From the sequence record MK817115.1: DNA of 64,000 bases. One strand, given 5' to 3'. Positions 27,383 through 45,003 of this stretch are shown piece after piece; the first letter of the stretch is position 1; the number at the start of each line of letters is the position of its first letter. The translations under genes were made by a program, and so were the position numbers. The notes beneath the pieces were generated by a model that was not told where the DNA came from, did no database searches, and saw only the letters and a program-made list of their open reading frames with translations.

Positions 27383-29347
27383 TTATTCCATCCAGTTCTT
27401 ACGATCATCTGCACGTTTCTTGTTGAAAATCAAATCAAGAGTTTCTCCAAGACGTCCATCATCGGTGATCGCTACTGCAACACTATTAGTGAATGCATCA
27501 CGGAAGTTTGCTTTTTCTAAAGTTCCTAAACCTTTTGCACGCGTTGCTTTCCAGCCTTTCCAATCATCTGGGTTATATTCATGCACATTATGACCATAGT
27601 AGTATTTTGATTCTTTACCTTTCTCAAGAATGATAAATGGTGTTTTGAATACATACACAAATGGATTTTCTGGGTCTTGAAACAATTCAGGCCAGAATTT
27701 AAATAAGAAGTTACACACTAGAGCACCAATGTTCTTCCCATCTTCATCTTCATCAGCACAGATGTAAAGCTTACCATAGTTTAGTTCAGAACGTTCTGCT
27801 TTAACACCTGGAACTAAGTTGATACTAGCCATTATATCATGTAAAGCCATTGAATCCATTAATTCTTTGGTTTTCTCAGTACCACTGACGTTCATAATTT
27901 TCCCACGCAATGGTAGAATACCATGAATACTTGGTATACGAGCACTAGCCATGTTGGAAATTGCAGAGTCACCTTCTGCAATCAATAGAATACACTGTGA
28001 ACGGTCTGTTCCAGTACTATCCAATAGTTTTGCAACTTTACCTTTTAGAAGTTTCTTTGCTAGGCGACGATCTTCTTCTGCATCTTTCTTATTTGTACGG
28101 GCAGCACAACGTTCGAAGATTTCATCAACCCATTCTTTGTTCTTCTTAACTAATTCATCAAACCATTCGGTACTCATAGCTTGTTGAATTGGACGGATTA
28201 CGTTTTCATTAGTTAGTTTAGATTTAATCTGTGAGTTGAATGAAGGTGCTTTCATAGTTGTGACATTATAAATCAACAAACCTTCTTCAATATCAGAACG
28301 ATTAGGTTTCATCCTACGTTTCTTAGATTCTTTCTCTAGTGCAGTTCCTACACCGAGTGAGAAGAATTTCTTGAATGTATCAAGATGTGTACCACCATCA
28401 AATGCAGGAGCATTGTTAACCAACCCATGCATATGGAAATTCGTGTTCATGCCAGCTACTGCATTAGGAACAATATAAAAAGTACTGTTAAAATTGAATG
28501 AATCATCTTTAACATTCAACTGCATTAATTTAGATGCATTGAAGAGTGCTTTTTCAGTGTTTCCTTTAATAGCAATACGTTTCCCGTTCAGAAAGATTTT
28601 ATAAGTTGGGTTAGCTGCTGCCATTTCTTTAAGAATACTATAAAGTAATTCTGTAGGTAGTTTTCTGTTTGGAAAAACTTCTTTACTCAAAGTAAAACGA
28701 ATTGTTGTTCCAGTTTTATCGGTTTGTACCTTTCTAATAGTAGGTTCGTGTACATGAAGCTCAGGGAACATAATAGTTCCTTCCTCAAACTTCTGATTGA
28801 ACTTATAAAACCCATCATAACCATCATTACTACTTTGTGTTTTATACGGACGACCTTGGCGATGAATTTCTAACTCTGCCTTAGAACTGACAATCATTGC
28901 AACAGAACCACCTAAACCATTCTGACCAATCGTTTCATCACGTTTTGAATCGTCAAAGTTACGGCCTGTTTTTGTTTCAGTCATTACCATAGTACACAAG
29001 TTTTTCTGATACTCTGGAACATAATCAATTGGAATACCACGTCCATTGTCACTAATTTCAAATGATAGTTCTTCTTCATTGAAATCAACTTTCAAAACAG
29101 GTTCTTTGGTTCCAGCTTTTTTAAATTCATCTAAGCTGTTATCAATAATTTCACGTGTAGCAGTAAGAATTGCAGGAACCCATTCTACGTTCTTAACCTC
29201 ATAACCTGATTCGCCAAAAATCAGTACTTGACTTTCATGCACTGAACGAGAACCAAGATACATCTCGGTACGCAAACGAGCATGTTGATAATCGTTAAGT
29301 CGTTGAACATCATGTTCCTGTAGAACAGCACTTTCTTTCTTAGCCAT
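27383..29347 (-). CDS. DNA topoisomerase II large subunit (fused gp39+gp60/GyrB-like)
   Basis: EIIDNSLDE, DNGRGIP, GQNGLG, EGDSA, PLRGK, DEDEDG. Confidence 0.95.
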   Translation of the reverse strand: MAKKESAVLQEHDVQRLNDYQHARLRTEMYLGSRSVHESQVLIFGESGYEVKNVEWVPAILTATREIIDNSLDEFKKAGTKEPVLKVDFNEEELSFEISDNGRGIPIDYVPEYQKNLCTMVMTETKTGRNFDDSKRDETIGQNGLGGSVAMIVSSKAELEIHRQGRPYKTQSSNDGYDGFYKFNQKFEEGTIMFPELHVHEPTIRKVQTDKTGTTIRFTLSKEVFPNRKLPTELLYSILKEMAAANPTYKIFLNGKRIAIKGNTEKALFNASKLMQLNVKDDSFNFNSTFYIVPNAVAGMNTNFHMHGLVNNAPAFDGGTHLDTFKKFFSLGVGTALEKESKKRRMKPNRSDIEEGLLIYNVTTMKAPSFNSQIKSKLTNENVIRPIQQAMSTEWFDELVKKNKEWVDEIFERCAARTNKKDAEEDRRLAKKLLKGKVAKLLDSTGTDRSQCILLIAEGDSAISNMASARIPSIHGILPLRGKIMNVSGTEKTKELMDSMALHDIMASINLVPGVKAERSELNYGKLYICADEDEDGKNIGALVCNFLFKFWPELFQDPENPFVYVFKTPFIILEKGKESKYYYGHNVHEYNPDDWKGWKATRAKGLGTLEKANFRDAFTNSVAVAITDDGRLGETLDLIFNKKRADDRKNWME

Positions 29348-29381
29348 TTGATTTCCTTATCGTGTCTCTTTGTCCTAAAAC

Positions 29382-29409
29382 ATTGTATCATCAATGTCAT
29401 TTTTGTCTC
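29382..29409 (-). promoter_or_regulatory. Candidate middle promoter GAGACA-N16-TACAAT (TG-extended)
   Basis: Same box and spacing as four other replication-gene promoters. Confidence 0.6.
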
Positions 29410-29440
29410 AAAAAAAATATCGGGACATCTAGTCCCGATA
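29410..29440 (-). terminator. Intrinsic terminator
   Basis: TATCGGGAC/GTCCCGATA plus a long T-run. Confidence 0.85.
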
Positions 29441-29442
29441 TA

Positions 29443-30233
29443 TTATTTTACTAACATAAGTTTAAGTTCAGCACTTGGACTTGATTCATCATCACTCCAG
29501 TACTTATGAACTTTATCTAAACTTGCCTTTGCAAGAACTTCACCACCACCTACTATGTAGACTTGATGTGAACCAATTAAACGGGTCCAGAATTTAATTG
29601 CATCATCGGTATGAAGACTGTCGCTCAGTACTTTTACACCATTAGCTACCATATCCATAAAAATATTATAGATGATGCCCTTAGTTCCGGTTTTAGAAGC
29701 TGTGGCAGCAATCTGAAACACATTAGGAACACCGAGGACTGCATCATTGGATAAATGTCCACTAACGATAGCAAGCTGTTTACCCGCCTTATCATAAGCA
29801 ATAAAACCTGTGCCATGCTTATTCATGTAAACATCATATTCTTTATGTTCCGCGAATTTTACCATATTTTTCTTACCAGTCATTTCAGCAGTTTTATCAA
29901 CAAACTCATCTCTGTCTTGACCTTGAAAACTATCGAAGCGTTGTGGCATTTCATCCAGCTTATCTTTTTCATCGTCACATGAATCCATTATATCACAAGT
30001 TCTGTCATCTGTATCAGCTAGTTCTGCATCTTGTACAATATCAACCAAACTACGCATACTAGATTCTTTAACTTTATCAGGGAGTTTTGATCCTTTTTTA
30101 AGATTTCCTTCCTTCTCATCAGCAGCGTTCCACTCTTTTGCTGCACTTTGTGAAATGCCCGCTTTTTTAGCAAATTCTGGATTATGAGCAGCGGCAGCGA
30201 AAAACTTCGCCTGACTTTTACTTTTACTTGGCA

Positions 30234-30234
<1 letters not shown>
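29443..30234 (-). CDS. Hypothetical protein: basic MPSKSK...AAAHNP N-terminal module plus a possible GNAT-like C-terminus
   Basis: KGIIYNIF...VLSDSLHTDDAIKFWTRL resembles GNAT motifs A/B. Confidence 0.5.
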
Positions 30235-32400
<2,166 letters not shown>

Positions 32401-32411
32401 AAGTCTATATT

Positions 32412-33474
<1,063 letters not shown>

Positions 33475-33518
33475 GTAATAAAAGCTCCAATATGATTTTA
33501 ATGTTTTGTTCGATAGTA

Positions 33519-33547
33519 ATTATAGGATAGAACATTAGTTCTGTCAA
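33519..33547 (-). promoter_or_regulatory. Sigma70 promoter TTGACA-N17-TATAAT for infC
   Basis: Perfect consensus. Confidence 0.85.
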
Positions 33548-33738
33548 GCACTATCATTGTGTTTTTTAATTGCTTCACAGATTGCTTGAACTTGAACAAG
33601 ATAAGTTTTTGCAAATTCTGCTTGGGTTCGCACACGTGGGTTTGGTGCGTCTTTGATCATAAGTTCTAGGTCATAAACTACCTTATCAAAAACTCCCTTG
33701 TCTTCAATAATACGATCATAAAATGTTTTGTCAGTCAT
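33544..33738 (-). CDS. Small hypothetical protein
   Basis: GGAG SD, 64 aa. Confidence 0.65.
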   Translation of the reverse strand: MTDKTFYDRIIEDKGVFDKVVYDLELMIKDAPNPRVRTQAEFAKTYLVQVQAICEAIKKHNDSA

Positions 33739-33761
33739 GTCAAGAACTCCATGTTATAAAA

Positions 33762-34352
33762 TTATAATTTAACGTAAGATACTACTGATGCATCAGTAAC
33801 TGAAGGAACATTAAGATACACGTTCTCATATTCAATAAAATCAACAGTACTTGTAGTAAGTGCGTTCTTGATTCTCTGAATGGTTTTTTGTACAGTTATT
33901 TCTTCATTTACGATAGCATTAGTACCGTCACCTTTCAATGAATCATTGATTAGTTTTTGAATTATTTCAGCAGCTTTTGCAGTTTTCATATCTTCAGTAG
34001 TTAGTGCAGCTTGGTCAGCAACACTTAGTGTGTTAATAAACGGTTGATAACTAATATAACCAACTGTAATTGTTGCACCAGTTGGGATAGTTTTTGCAGT
34101 CCCAGGTGTAGAAAATTCAACTTTACTATAAACTGGTACTGAATACGTTGAGAGCAAACGTGAAAGTTGTAGATAACGCAAAAGTGCGATTGACTTATCA
34201 ATAGTTTGCTGGTCAGTAGGTGCGGTTGTTGGGGAAGATGAATCATAATCACCATACATATAATATGGGATATTATCTAGGTTCGTCCCTGAAACTTCAA
34301 TTTTAAATACTTGTAGTAAATTGTTCATTGTATATTCTTCTCCATAATACAA
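33762..34352 (-). CDS. Late hypothetical protein, possibly structural; start probably 34328
   Basis: AATAAATA upstream; GGAG before the internal ATG. Confidence 0.6.
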   Translation of the reverse strand: MYYGEEYTMNNLLQVFKIEVSGTNLDNIPYYMYGDYDSSSPTTAPTDQQTIDKSIALLRYLQLSRLLSTYSVPVYSKVEFSTPGTAKTIPTGATITVGYISYQPFINTLSVADQAALTTEDMKTAKAAEIIQKLINDSLKGDGTNAIVNEEITVQKTIQRIKNALTTSTVDFIEYENVYLNVPSVTDASVVSYVKL

Positions 34353-34357
34353 AACAC

Positions 34358-34394
34358 TTTTGATTATTTATTATTAAAAATCAAAAATATTTAC
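34358..34394 (-). promoter_or_regulatory. Late promoter cores AATAAATA (34365-72) and GTAAATA (34388-94); the first lies in an 8-bp inverted repeat
   Basis: TTTTGATT/AATCAAAA arms. Confidence 0.5.
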
Positions 34395-34411
34395 GTATAA
34401 CATTTAGTTTT

Positions 34412-35755
34412 TTAGAATCGTGCATTTTGTCTCAACATAACACTATATCGTGGACGTGTCATGGCAGTGTATAAAATTCTACACTTAGTATCATTTGTAC
34501 CAATACGTTCAATAAAATCAGTATCAAACCAAATGTTATCAAAAGTACTTCCTTGCGATTTATGAACAGTTGTTGCGTAAGGATAATTGATAATATGCAA
34601 TTTATTCTTTATTACATAGTAATCCTGCCACATATATGGTTTCTTTGTCAATGGATTTATTTCTTTTTTCTCAATATCCTTAACAAGTTTATCTAGTTTT
34701 TCGTCCATTGCAATTCTTGTTTCTGGTCCTACGCCTAAAATATAACTACCATTAGGTAAACGGAATTGCCAACAATCAATCCCCATAAAACTTTCACGTT
34801 TCACTTCAGGACATTGTATAATTTGTTGTACTACATATGGACTATTCTCAGTTATGCTTTCAAAAACAATTGGTTCACCTTTAGTAAATTCATCTGGTAC
34901 TTCAAATAGTTGACTTCTAATGTAAATATTAGCCAAATTAACTCGATAGTTAGTATATGCTAAGATTTTATTTTCATTTACGAAATCAAATATTTTTTTA
35001 GATGAACCCTTGTTTTCCATAATAAATTCACGATAAACATCTAAAAATAAATCTTCATCATCAATAGGTGTAATAGTGCTTAAACCATATGTCTGATGCA
35101 TAATATCAAATGGATTTTTACTAGTTCCAATACACTCTCGAATAGCAGTTGCAACTGCCAAAATCGGATTATCCAATGCTTGACGTAAAACCTCAGTTAA
35201 CTCATATTGAACAGGTACATCAAACGTAGGAGACAATTTAGTCTCTCCCATTGTACCTTCGGACTCAACTGGGGGCAATTGACAACGATCACCAATGAAT
35301 AAAACTGCTCGACGGACACGCCACAATTGATCCTGAATATGTTGGAATAATTCTTCTGAAATCATACTACACTCATCAACAATAAGAATGTCAACGTTAG
35401 TATTACTAACTTTACTTTGGGGATCATGTTTCAGTACTTGACGATTCTTTTCATATACTAATTTTAGTCCTAAAAAAGAGTGTATTGTACTAACTTGTGC
35501 ATCTTCCTTAGTAAGACCAGCATTATTGATTAGCATATTACGAATAACAGCATTGGCTTTATGTGTAGGTGAAGTTACTGCAATATTATAGTTTTTACAT
35601 AGTGCTTTTACAATCTCAGCAGTAGTGAATGTTTTTCCAGTTCCTGCTGGGGCAGACAAAACCGAAATGGTCTTACCTGCATAGTTGTAAACACGATCTA
35701 TAAAATCATCAAAGATTTCTTGTTGCTTATCCGTAAGCTTAATTTTACTCATCAT
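34412..35755 (-). CDS. dda: Dda-like SF1B DNA helicase
   Basis: APAGTGKT, TIHSFL, VDECSM, GDRCQLPPV, TVHKSQGST. Confidence 0.9.
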   Translation of the reverse strand: MMSKIKLTDKQQEIFDDFIDRVYNYAGKTISVLSAPAGTGKTFTTAEIVKALCKNYNIAVTSPTHKANAVIRNMLINNAGLTKEDAQVSTIHSFLGLKLVYEKNRQVLKHDPQSKVSNTNVDILIVDECSMISEELFQHIQDQLWRVRRAVLFIGDRCQLPPVESEGTMGETKLSPTFDVPVQYELTEVLRQALDNPILAVATAIRECIGTSKNPFDIMHQTYGLSTITPIDDEDLFLDVYREFIMENKGSSKKIFDFVNENKILAYTNYRVNLANIYIRSQLFEVPDEFTKGEPIVFESITENSPYVVQQIIQCPEVKRESFMGIDCWQFRLPNGSYILGVGPETRIAMDEKLDKLVKDIEKKEINPLTKKPYMWQDYYVIKNKLHIINYPYATTVHKSQGSTFDNIWFDTDFIERIGTNDTKCRILYTAMTRPRYSVMLRQNARF

Positions 35756-35782
35756 TCCCTCGACTGATTTTTACATTTCAAG

Positions 35783-37085
<1,303 letters not shown>

Positions 37086-37170
37086 ATTACTTCTTTCTCC
37101 ATATAAACTATGTAAAACGTAAAAATGGGTAAATACTTTATAAAAATAACAATAAGATTGGAGATTAACA

Positions 37171-38573
<1,403 letters not shown>

Positions 38574-38576
38574 AAT

Positions 38577-38605
38577 AAAAGGAGCAACATTTTGTTGCTC
38601 CTTTT
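38577..38605. terminator. Bidirectional terminator between convergent genes
   Basis: AAAAGGAGCAACA-TTT-TGTTGCTCCTTTT. Confidence 0.9.
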
Positions 38606-38608
38606 TTA

Positions 38609-40209
<1,601 letters not shown>

Positions 40210-40225
40210 ACATTATACCCATAAG

Positions 40226-40246
40226 AAAAGGGATTCATAGAATCCC
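40226..40246 (-). terminator. Intrinsic terminator after nrdB
   Basis: GGGATTC-ATA-GAATCCC plus a T-run. Confidence 0.7.
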
Positions 40247-40259
40247 TGTTAGTTAGAAT

Positions 40260-41384
40260 TTATAGTTTGAATGGTGAGAATGTATCTACTTGGATATCAT
40301 TCACAATACCACCAATGATGTAAGAACTTATTTCAGTTTCTTGTGGTGCAACTTGTACTGAACCACCACTAACCCAATGCTCAGTCCAAGGTAGAGGGTT
40401 ACTCTTAGATACGGTATATGGACATTTAATTCCTAGTGCAGTCATACGCTTAGAACCAATCCAACGAACATATTGTTTTAGAATTTCTGCATTCAGTCCA
40501 ATGATTGAACCATCTTTAAAGAGGAAGTCTGCCCAAGCTTCTTCTTGACGGATAGCAGACATAAACATTTCCAGTACTTCATCATAACACTCTTCTGCTA
40601 TTTTTACCATATCTGGATCTTCTTTTTTGAGAAGACGTAGAATCATTTGGGTTGCTGCTAGGTGTAGGTTTTCATCACGACAGATTAGACGGATAATCTT
40701 AGCATTACCTTCCATTAGATTGTTTTCAGCAAACGCCCAAGAACACGCAAAGCTTGCATAAAAACGAACACCTTCAAGAATGTTAATACTATTCAGGCAC
40801 AACCAAAGTTTTTTCTTTAGTTCGTATAAACTAATTTCGACTGTTTCACCATTGATTGTATGTGTACCAACACCTAATGCACGGTATAGAGTACCTAGTA
40901 CATCAAGATCATCATAGTATTTGGAAACATCAGCAGCACAATCAGTGATTTCTGGAATGTCCAACATAGTATCAAATACTTCAGAAGGATTAGGATAAAT
41001 GTTACGAATAATATGAGTGTATGATTTACTATGAATCGCACCTTCAAAGAATGCCCATGTCTCTATAAAGTTCTCTAGTTCAGGTAGAGATGCATATGGA
41101 AGTAACATTAGGTTTGGACCACGACCTTGTACGGAATCAAGAAGAATTTGACGTTTCAAGTTAGAGGTAAAAATGTGCTTCTCGGAATCATTAAGGTTGG
41201 CAAAATCAATTTTATCTTTAGATACGTCAACTTCACCAGGAGTCCAGAAGAAACTTTTCTGTTGCTCTGTTAGTTTTTCAAGTGTAGAGTATTTGTTACT
41301 TTCAAAGCGTTGGATATCAACACTTTCATCAAAAAACATATTTTTTTCTAGGTGAGACTTCTCGTTAATTTTGAAAACTGACAT
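40260..41384 (-). CDS. nrdB: Ribonucleotide reductase class Ia beta subunit
   Basis: FFWTPGEV, LDSVQGR, EAIHSKSY, EGVRFY, DENLH. Confidence 0.97.
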   Translation of the reverse strand: MSVFKINEKSHLEKNMFFDESVDIQRFESNKYSTLEKLTEQQKSFFWTPGEVDVSKDKIDFANLNDSEKHIFTSNLKRQILLDSVQGRGPNLMLLPYASLPELENFIETWAFFEGAIHSKSYTHIIRNIYPNPSEVFDTMLDIPEITDCAADVSKYYDDLDVLGTLYRALGVGTHTINGETVEISLYELKKKLWLCLNSINILEGVRFYASFACSWAFAENNLMEGNAKIIRLICRDENLHLAATQMILRLLKKEDPDMVKIAEECYDEVLEMFMSAIRQEEAWADFLFKDGSIIGLNAEILKQYVRWIGSKRMTALGIKCPYTVSKSNPLPWTEHWVSGGSVQVAPQETEISSYIIGGIVNDIQVDTFSPFKL

Positions 41385-41414
41385 ATATATTCCTTTATAT
41401 ATTTTGAAATAATA

Positions 41415-41432
41415 ATCCCGCCGAAGCGGGAT
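41415..41432 (-). other. UUCG-loop hairpin between nrdA and nrdB
   Basis: ATCCCGC-CGAA-GCGGGAT. Confidence 0.65.
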
Positions 41433-41438
41433 CTTAAA

Positions 41439-43757
41439 TTAGATTTTACAACTATCACAATCACCTTCATCCAAATCAGGAAGTGATGGTAATACAAATT
41501 GTCCAGATTCTGGTTTGGCAGCTTCTTTCAGTACTTTTTCAACGTCTACTTCATCTGAACCATCATTTGTATTATGATAATAAAGATTTTTCAAACCAAC
41601 TTTATATGCATACATAAGTTCAGTTAGAAGAGTTGACATTGGCAACTTACCATCAGGGAAGTGTATTGGGTTATAACTAGTATTAACACTGATACTTTGG
41701 TCAATGTATTTTTGTAGAACACCACAGATTTGTAGATAACCAATGTTATCTTTCTGATCCCATAGTAAATCATATTTGTTTTTCAACTTATTGATTTCTG
41801 GAACTACTTGTTTAAGAATACCATCCTTAGATAGTTTCTTCGTTACAAGAGAACGTGGCTTTTCAATACCGTTAGTACTGTTACTGATTTGTGCACTTGT
41901 TTCTGCTGGCATTAATGCCATTGTTGTTGCGTTACGAATACCATATTCTTTGATATCGGCACGTAAGGATTCCCAATCTTGTTTTAGTTCTTTAGTTACT
42001 AATTCATCAATGTCCGATTTATAAGTATCGATTGGAAGGATACCTTTGGCATATTTTAGATTATCAAATCCTTCACACTTACCTTTCTCTTTAGCAAGCT
42101 GTACAGAAGATTTAATTAGATAGTAAGACCATGCTTCAGCCCACTCGTTAACTGTTTCTAGTGCTGCTTCATTATAACGTAAACCACGTTTAGCAAGGAA
42201 GTATGCAAAGTTAATAATACCAACACCTAGTGGACGATACATTTTTGTTGCTCGGTCAGCATGAACTACTGGGTAGTCTTGATAGTCCAATAGTGAATCA
42301 AGAGCACGAACAGAAAGATCACATGCAGTTTCCATATCTTCTGGTTTATCAAAGTTACCCCAGTTAATTGCACTCAAAGTACATAGGCTAATCAAACCTT
42401 CACCAGTATTAATATCATCAAATGGCACAGATGGTAGTGCGATTTCTTGACACAAGTTGGATTGTTCGATTGGTGCAATTGATTCAACAAATGTTGAGTG
42501 AGTGTTTGCATGGTCAATATTTTGAATATAGATACGACCAGTTTCTGCACGTTCAGTCATTAGAGTACTGAATACTTCCACAGCAGGAACGGATTTTTTA
42601 CGGATGCTTTGGTCAGCTTCGTATTTTTTATATAGTTTTTCAAATTCTTTTTGGTCAGAACAGAATGCTTCATATAGCCCAGGGACTTCATTAGGACTAA
42701 AGAATGTAATATTCTTTCCATCAACCAAACGTTGATATAAAGTTTTGTTTACTTGGAAACAATAGTCTAGTTGACGTACACGGTTAAACTCTGTACCTTT
42801 GTTATTTTTAAGTACAACTAGGTTATCAAATTCCAAATGCCACAATGGAAAGTGAACAGTTGCTGCACCACCACGCACACCACCCTGTGAGCAGCTTTTA
42901 ACGGTCTTAGCAGTTGCTGCGATAAAAGGAATCAACCCAGTATGTACTGCATCACCTGAACGAATCTCAGAGTCTAGAGCACGAATGCGGCCCATATTAA
43001 TACCTAGTCCAGCTTTGCGTGAGATATAACGTAGAATAGCGTGATTTGATGAACCAATGCTATCTAAACTATCACCAACGTTCAGTACTACACAAGAACT
43101 AAACTGACGTGTATTAGTACGTAGACCTGCCATAATAGGTGTTGGAAGACTGATGTCAAAATTACTTACTGCGTCATAAAACTTTTTAACATATGACATA
43201 CGTACAGAACGATCATACTCCATAAAGATGATTGCTGCAATAGTCATATATGCCATTTGTGGGGTTTCATAAATTTTCTTAGTGACTCGGTTTTTATAAA
43301 GATACTTTCCTTCCCACTGACGCATAGCAACATAAGTAAATTTGTCGTCACGCTTATGTTTGATATAACGCCCAAGCTCTTCTATTTCTTGAAGAGTATA
43401 TTTCTCCAAAATTTCAGGATCATATATTTTAGTATCTACCATTTCTTGAAGATGAGCAGTATACTTAATTGGGTCATACTGTCCATATACTTGCTTACGA
43501 ATACTATAGTTTAATAATCTTCCAGCAACGTATTGATAGTTAGGCGTATCTTCAGAAATAAGTTCTGCTGCTGCTTTTATTAGAATATCATGAATAGTAC
43601 TAGTTTCAATACCTTCATAAAACTGAAGTTGTGCTCGGATTTCAATTTCAGAAACTGAAATACCACTTAAACCTTCAGCAGCGAAAAATAAAATTTGATG
43701 GATCTTATCCAATGATAACGGCTCTTTCATTCCATTACGCTTGGTTACGTTAATCAT
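41439..43757 (-). CDS. nrdA: Ribonucleotide reductase class Ia alpha subunit with ATP cone
   Basis: VTKRNG ATP cone, PTPIM, SSC, SNLCQEI, LMPAETS, KNLYY. Confidence 0.97.
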   Translation of the reverse strand: MINVTKRNGMKEPLSLDKIHQILFFAAEGLSGISVSEIEIRAQLQFYEGIETSTIHDILIKAAAELISEDTPNYQYVAGRLLNYSIRKQVYGQYDPIKYTAHLQEMVDTKIYDPEILEKYTLQEIEELGRYIKHKRDDKFTYVAMRQWEGKYLYKNRVTKKIYETPQMAYMTIAAIIFMEYDRSVRMSYVKKFYDAVSNFDISLPTPIMAGLRTNTRQFSSCVVLNVGDSLDSIGSSNHAILRYISRKAGLGINMGRIRALDSEIRSGDAVHTGLIPFIAATAKTVKSCSQGGVRGGAATVHFPLWHLEFDNLVVLKNNKGTEFNRVRQLDYCFQVNKTLYQRLVDGKNITFFSPNEVPGLYEAFCSDQKEFEKLYKKYEADQSIRKKSVPAVEVFSTLMTERAETGRIYIQNIDHANTHSTFVESIAPIEQSNLCQEIALPSVPFDDINTGEGLISLCTLSAINWGNFDKPEDMETACDLSVRALDSLLDYQDYPVVHADRATKMYRPLGVGIINFAYFLAKRGLRYNEAALETVNEWAEAWSYYLIKSSVQLAKEKGKCEGFDNLKYAKGILPIDTYKSDIDELVTKELKQDWESLRADIKEYGIRNATTMALMPAETSAQISNSTNGIEKPRSLVTKKLSKDGILKQVVPEINKLKNKYDLLWDQKDNIGYLQICGVLQKYIDQSISVNTSYNPIHFPDGKLPMSTLLTELMYAYKVGLKNLYYHNTNDGSDEVDVEKVLKEAAKPESGQFVLPSLPDLDEGDCDSCKI

Positions 43758-43802
43758 GTGTCATCCTTGTTTTTTGATGTAAATTTCTTTTTTTAGTGGA
43801 AG

Positions 43803-43822
43803 AAAAAGGCGGGACGCCTTTT
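43803..43822. terminator. Intrinsic terminator
   Basis: AAAAAGGCG-GGA-CGCCTTTT. Confidence 0.8.
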
Positions 43823-44402
43823 AAGGTTTGTCCCACCCACGATATACAAATTCTATATGATATCCTGAATTTAAATAATCCGAGTTAACTATGTTAAATT
43901 GCATATTTCCAGTTGTAGAATCATATGCAGGATCTTCAAATGAGATAGAAATAATTGCGTCAGTTCTATTTGTATTATTTGACTGTGCAATCATTGTGTT
44001 TGAACCAGCGGCTACTAGTTGAATAGTTCCTGATTCTAAAACCGTTTCTGTATCATCATATGCAATATAATCGATGAATACTCTACTTTCACTTTCAAGA
44101 ATAACTTCTATACTTTCTTGATTTTGTGGAAGATCAACTTTAAACGGTCTATTAATTATTTTTGATACCGTTCTCCACGGTGAAAATTCTGTAATTATTT
44201 CTACGTTTTCTTTACCTGAATTTGGATCAGTAGTCCAAGTTCTTCCAGCGACTAAGCTGGCTGGGTCAGATGATGATGGAAGGCCAATAAAAACACGACC
44301 CACATCAGTACTGAATCCTATCTGACCTTTTTCTAATGCATCAGGTAAGTCTCTCTGTTTACCAGTTCTTACTTGTTGTAAAGCAATTTGTTGTTGTGCC
44401 AT
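43821..44402 (-). CDS. Late, probably virion protein (N-terminal module LQQVRTG...GQIGFSTDVGRVFIG)
   Basis: Resembles a recurrent N-terminal motif of phage structural proteins; late promoter upstream. Confidence 0.5.
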   Translation of the reverse strand: MAQQQIALQQVRTGKQRDLPDALEKGQIGFSTDVGRVFIGLPSSSDPASLVAGRTWTTDPNSGKENVEIITEFSPWRTVSKIINRPFKVDLPQNQESIEVILESESRVFIDYIAYDDTETVLESGTIQLVAAGSNTMIAQSNNTNRTDAIISISFEDPAYDSTTGNMQFNIVNSDYLNSGYHIEFVYRGWDKP

Positions 44403-44410
44403 AAAAACTA

Positions 44411-44437
44411 TCTCCTATAGTATTATAGGATTATTTA
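44411..44437 (-). promoter_or_regulatory. Late promoter TAAATA followed by an SD-sequestering hairpin
   Basis: TCCTATA-GTAT-TATAGGA stem covers AGGAG. Confidence 0.6.
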
Positions 44438-45003
44438 GCTTTTTCTTTAACTTCCGCAATACGCTCATTAATTAGTTGAGATACAACTGAGCTATCTACA
44501 GAAGATAGAATTTGTTCTGGTACTAAAGATTTTAAATGTTTAACATAATTGGAAACACTTTTTAATTCTTTAGTTTGCAATGCTTCTTTGATAATGTCCA
44601 AATCTTCTTTAGATGAAACAACACGCTCAATAACAACTTCATCTTCTTCCAATTCAGGAGCAAGTTCTTCTGCAATAATTTCTACTTCTTCAGAAACTTT
44701 AACTTGTTCTTCACTATCAACAACATACTCTTGAATAACTTCTGGTGGTACATTGCGTGATACTTCATCAACACTAATATCTTGTGCAATTTGTTCTTTA
44801 ATTTCTTCAACAGGTTTAGCACCACGTTGTTTATAATCTTTGATATTTAGAATTAGCTTATTTGATAAATCCAGTTTATCAATCTCTTCTTCACTAAGTT
44901 TAATTACTTCTTCTAAATCATAACCTTTACTTACTAGTGCACGAATTGTATATAGATCTTGTTTCATTTTTTTATGCTGCTCCATTTGATTCAATTTCTC
45001 CAC
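44431..45003 (-). CDS. Acidic hypothetical protein
   Basis: Glu-rich 190 aa; GGAG SD. Confidence 0.65.
   Translation of the reverse strand: MEKLNQMEQHKKMKQDLYTIRALVSKGYDLEEVIKLSEEEIDKLDLSNKLILNIKDYKQRGAKPVEEIKEQIAQDISVDEVSRNVPPEVIQEYVVDSEEQVKVSEEVEIIAEELAPELEEDEVVIERVVSSKEDLDIIKEALQTKELKSVSNYVKHLKSLVPEQILSSVDSSVVSQLINERIAEVKEKAK

Noticed and set aside
40212-40217. TATAAT just upstream of the Hfq-like ATG as a leaderless promoter
   Set aside because: Only 2 nt separate it from the ATG, so a start site would fall inside the codon; there is no -35 match
40260-43757. Introns, inteins or homing endonucleases in nrdA/nrdB or the topoisomerase genes
   Set aside because: The ORFs are continuous and of typical length; no HNH, GIY-YIG or LAGLIDADG motifs seen
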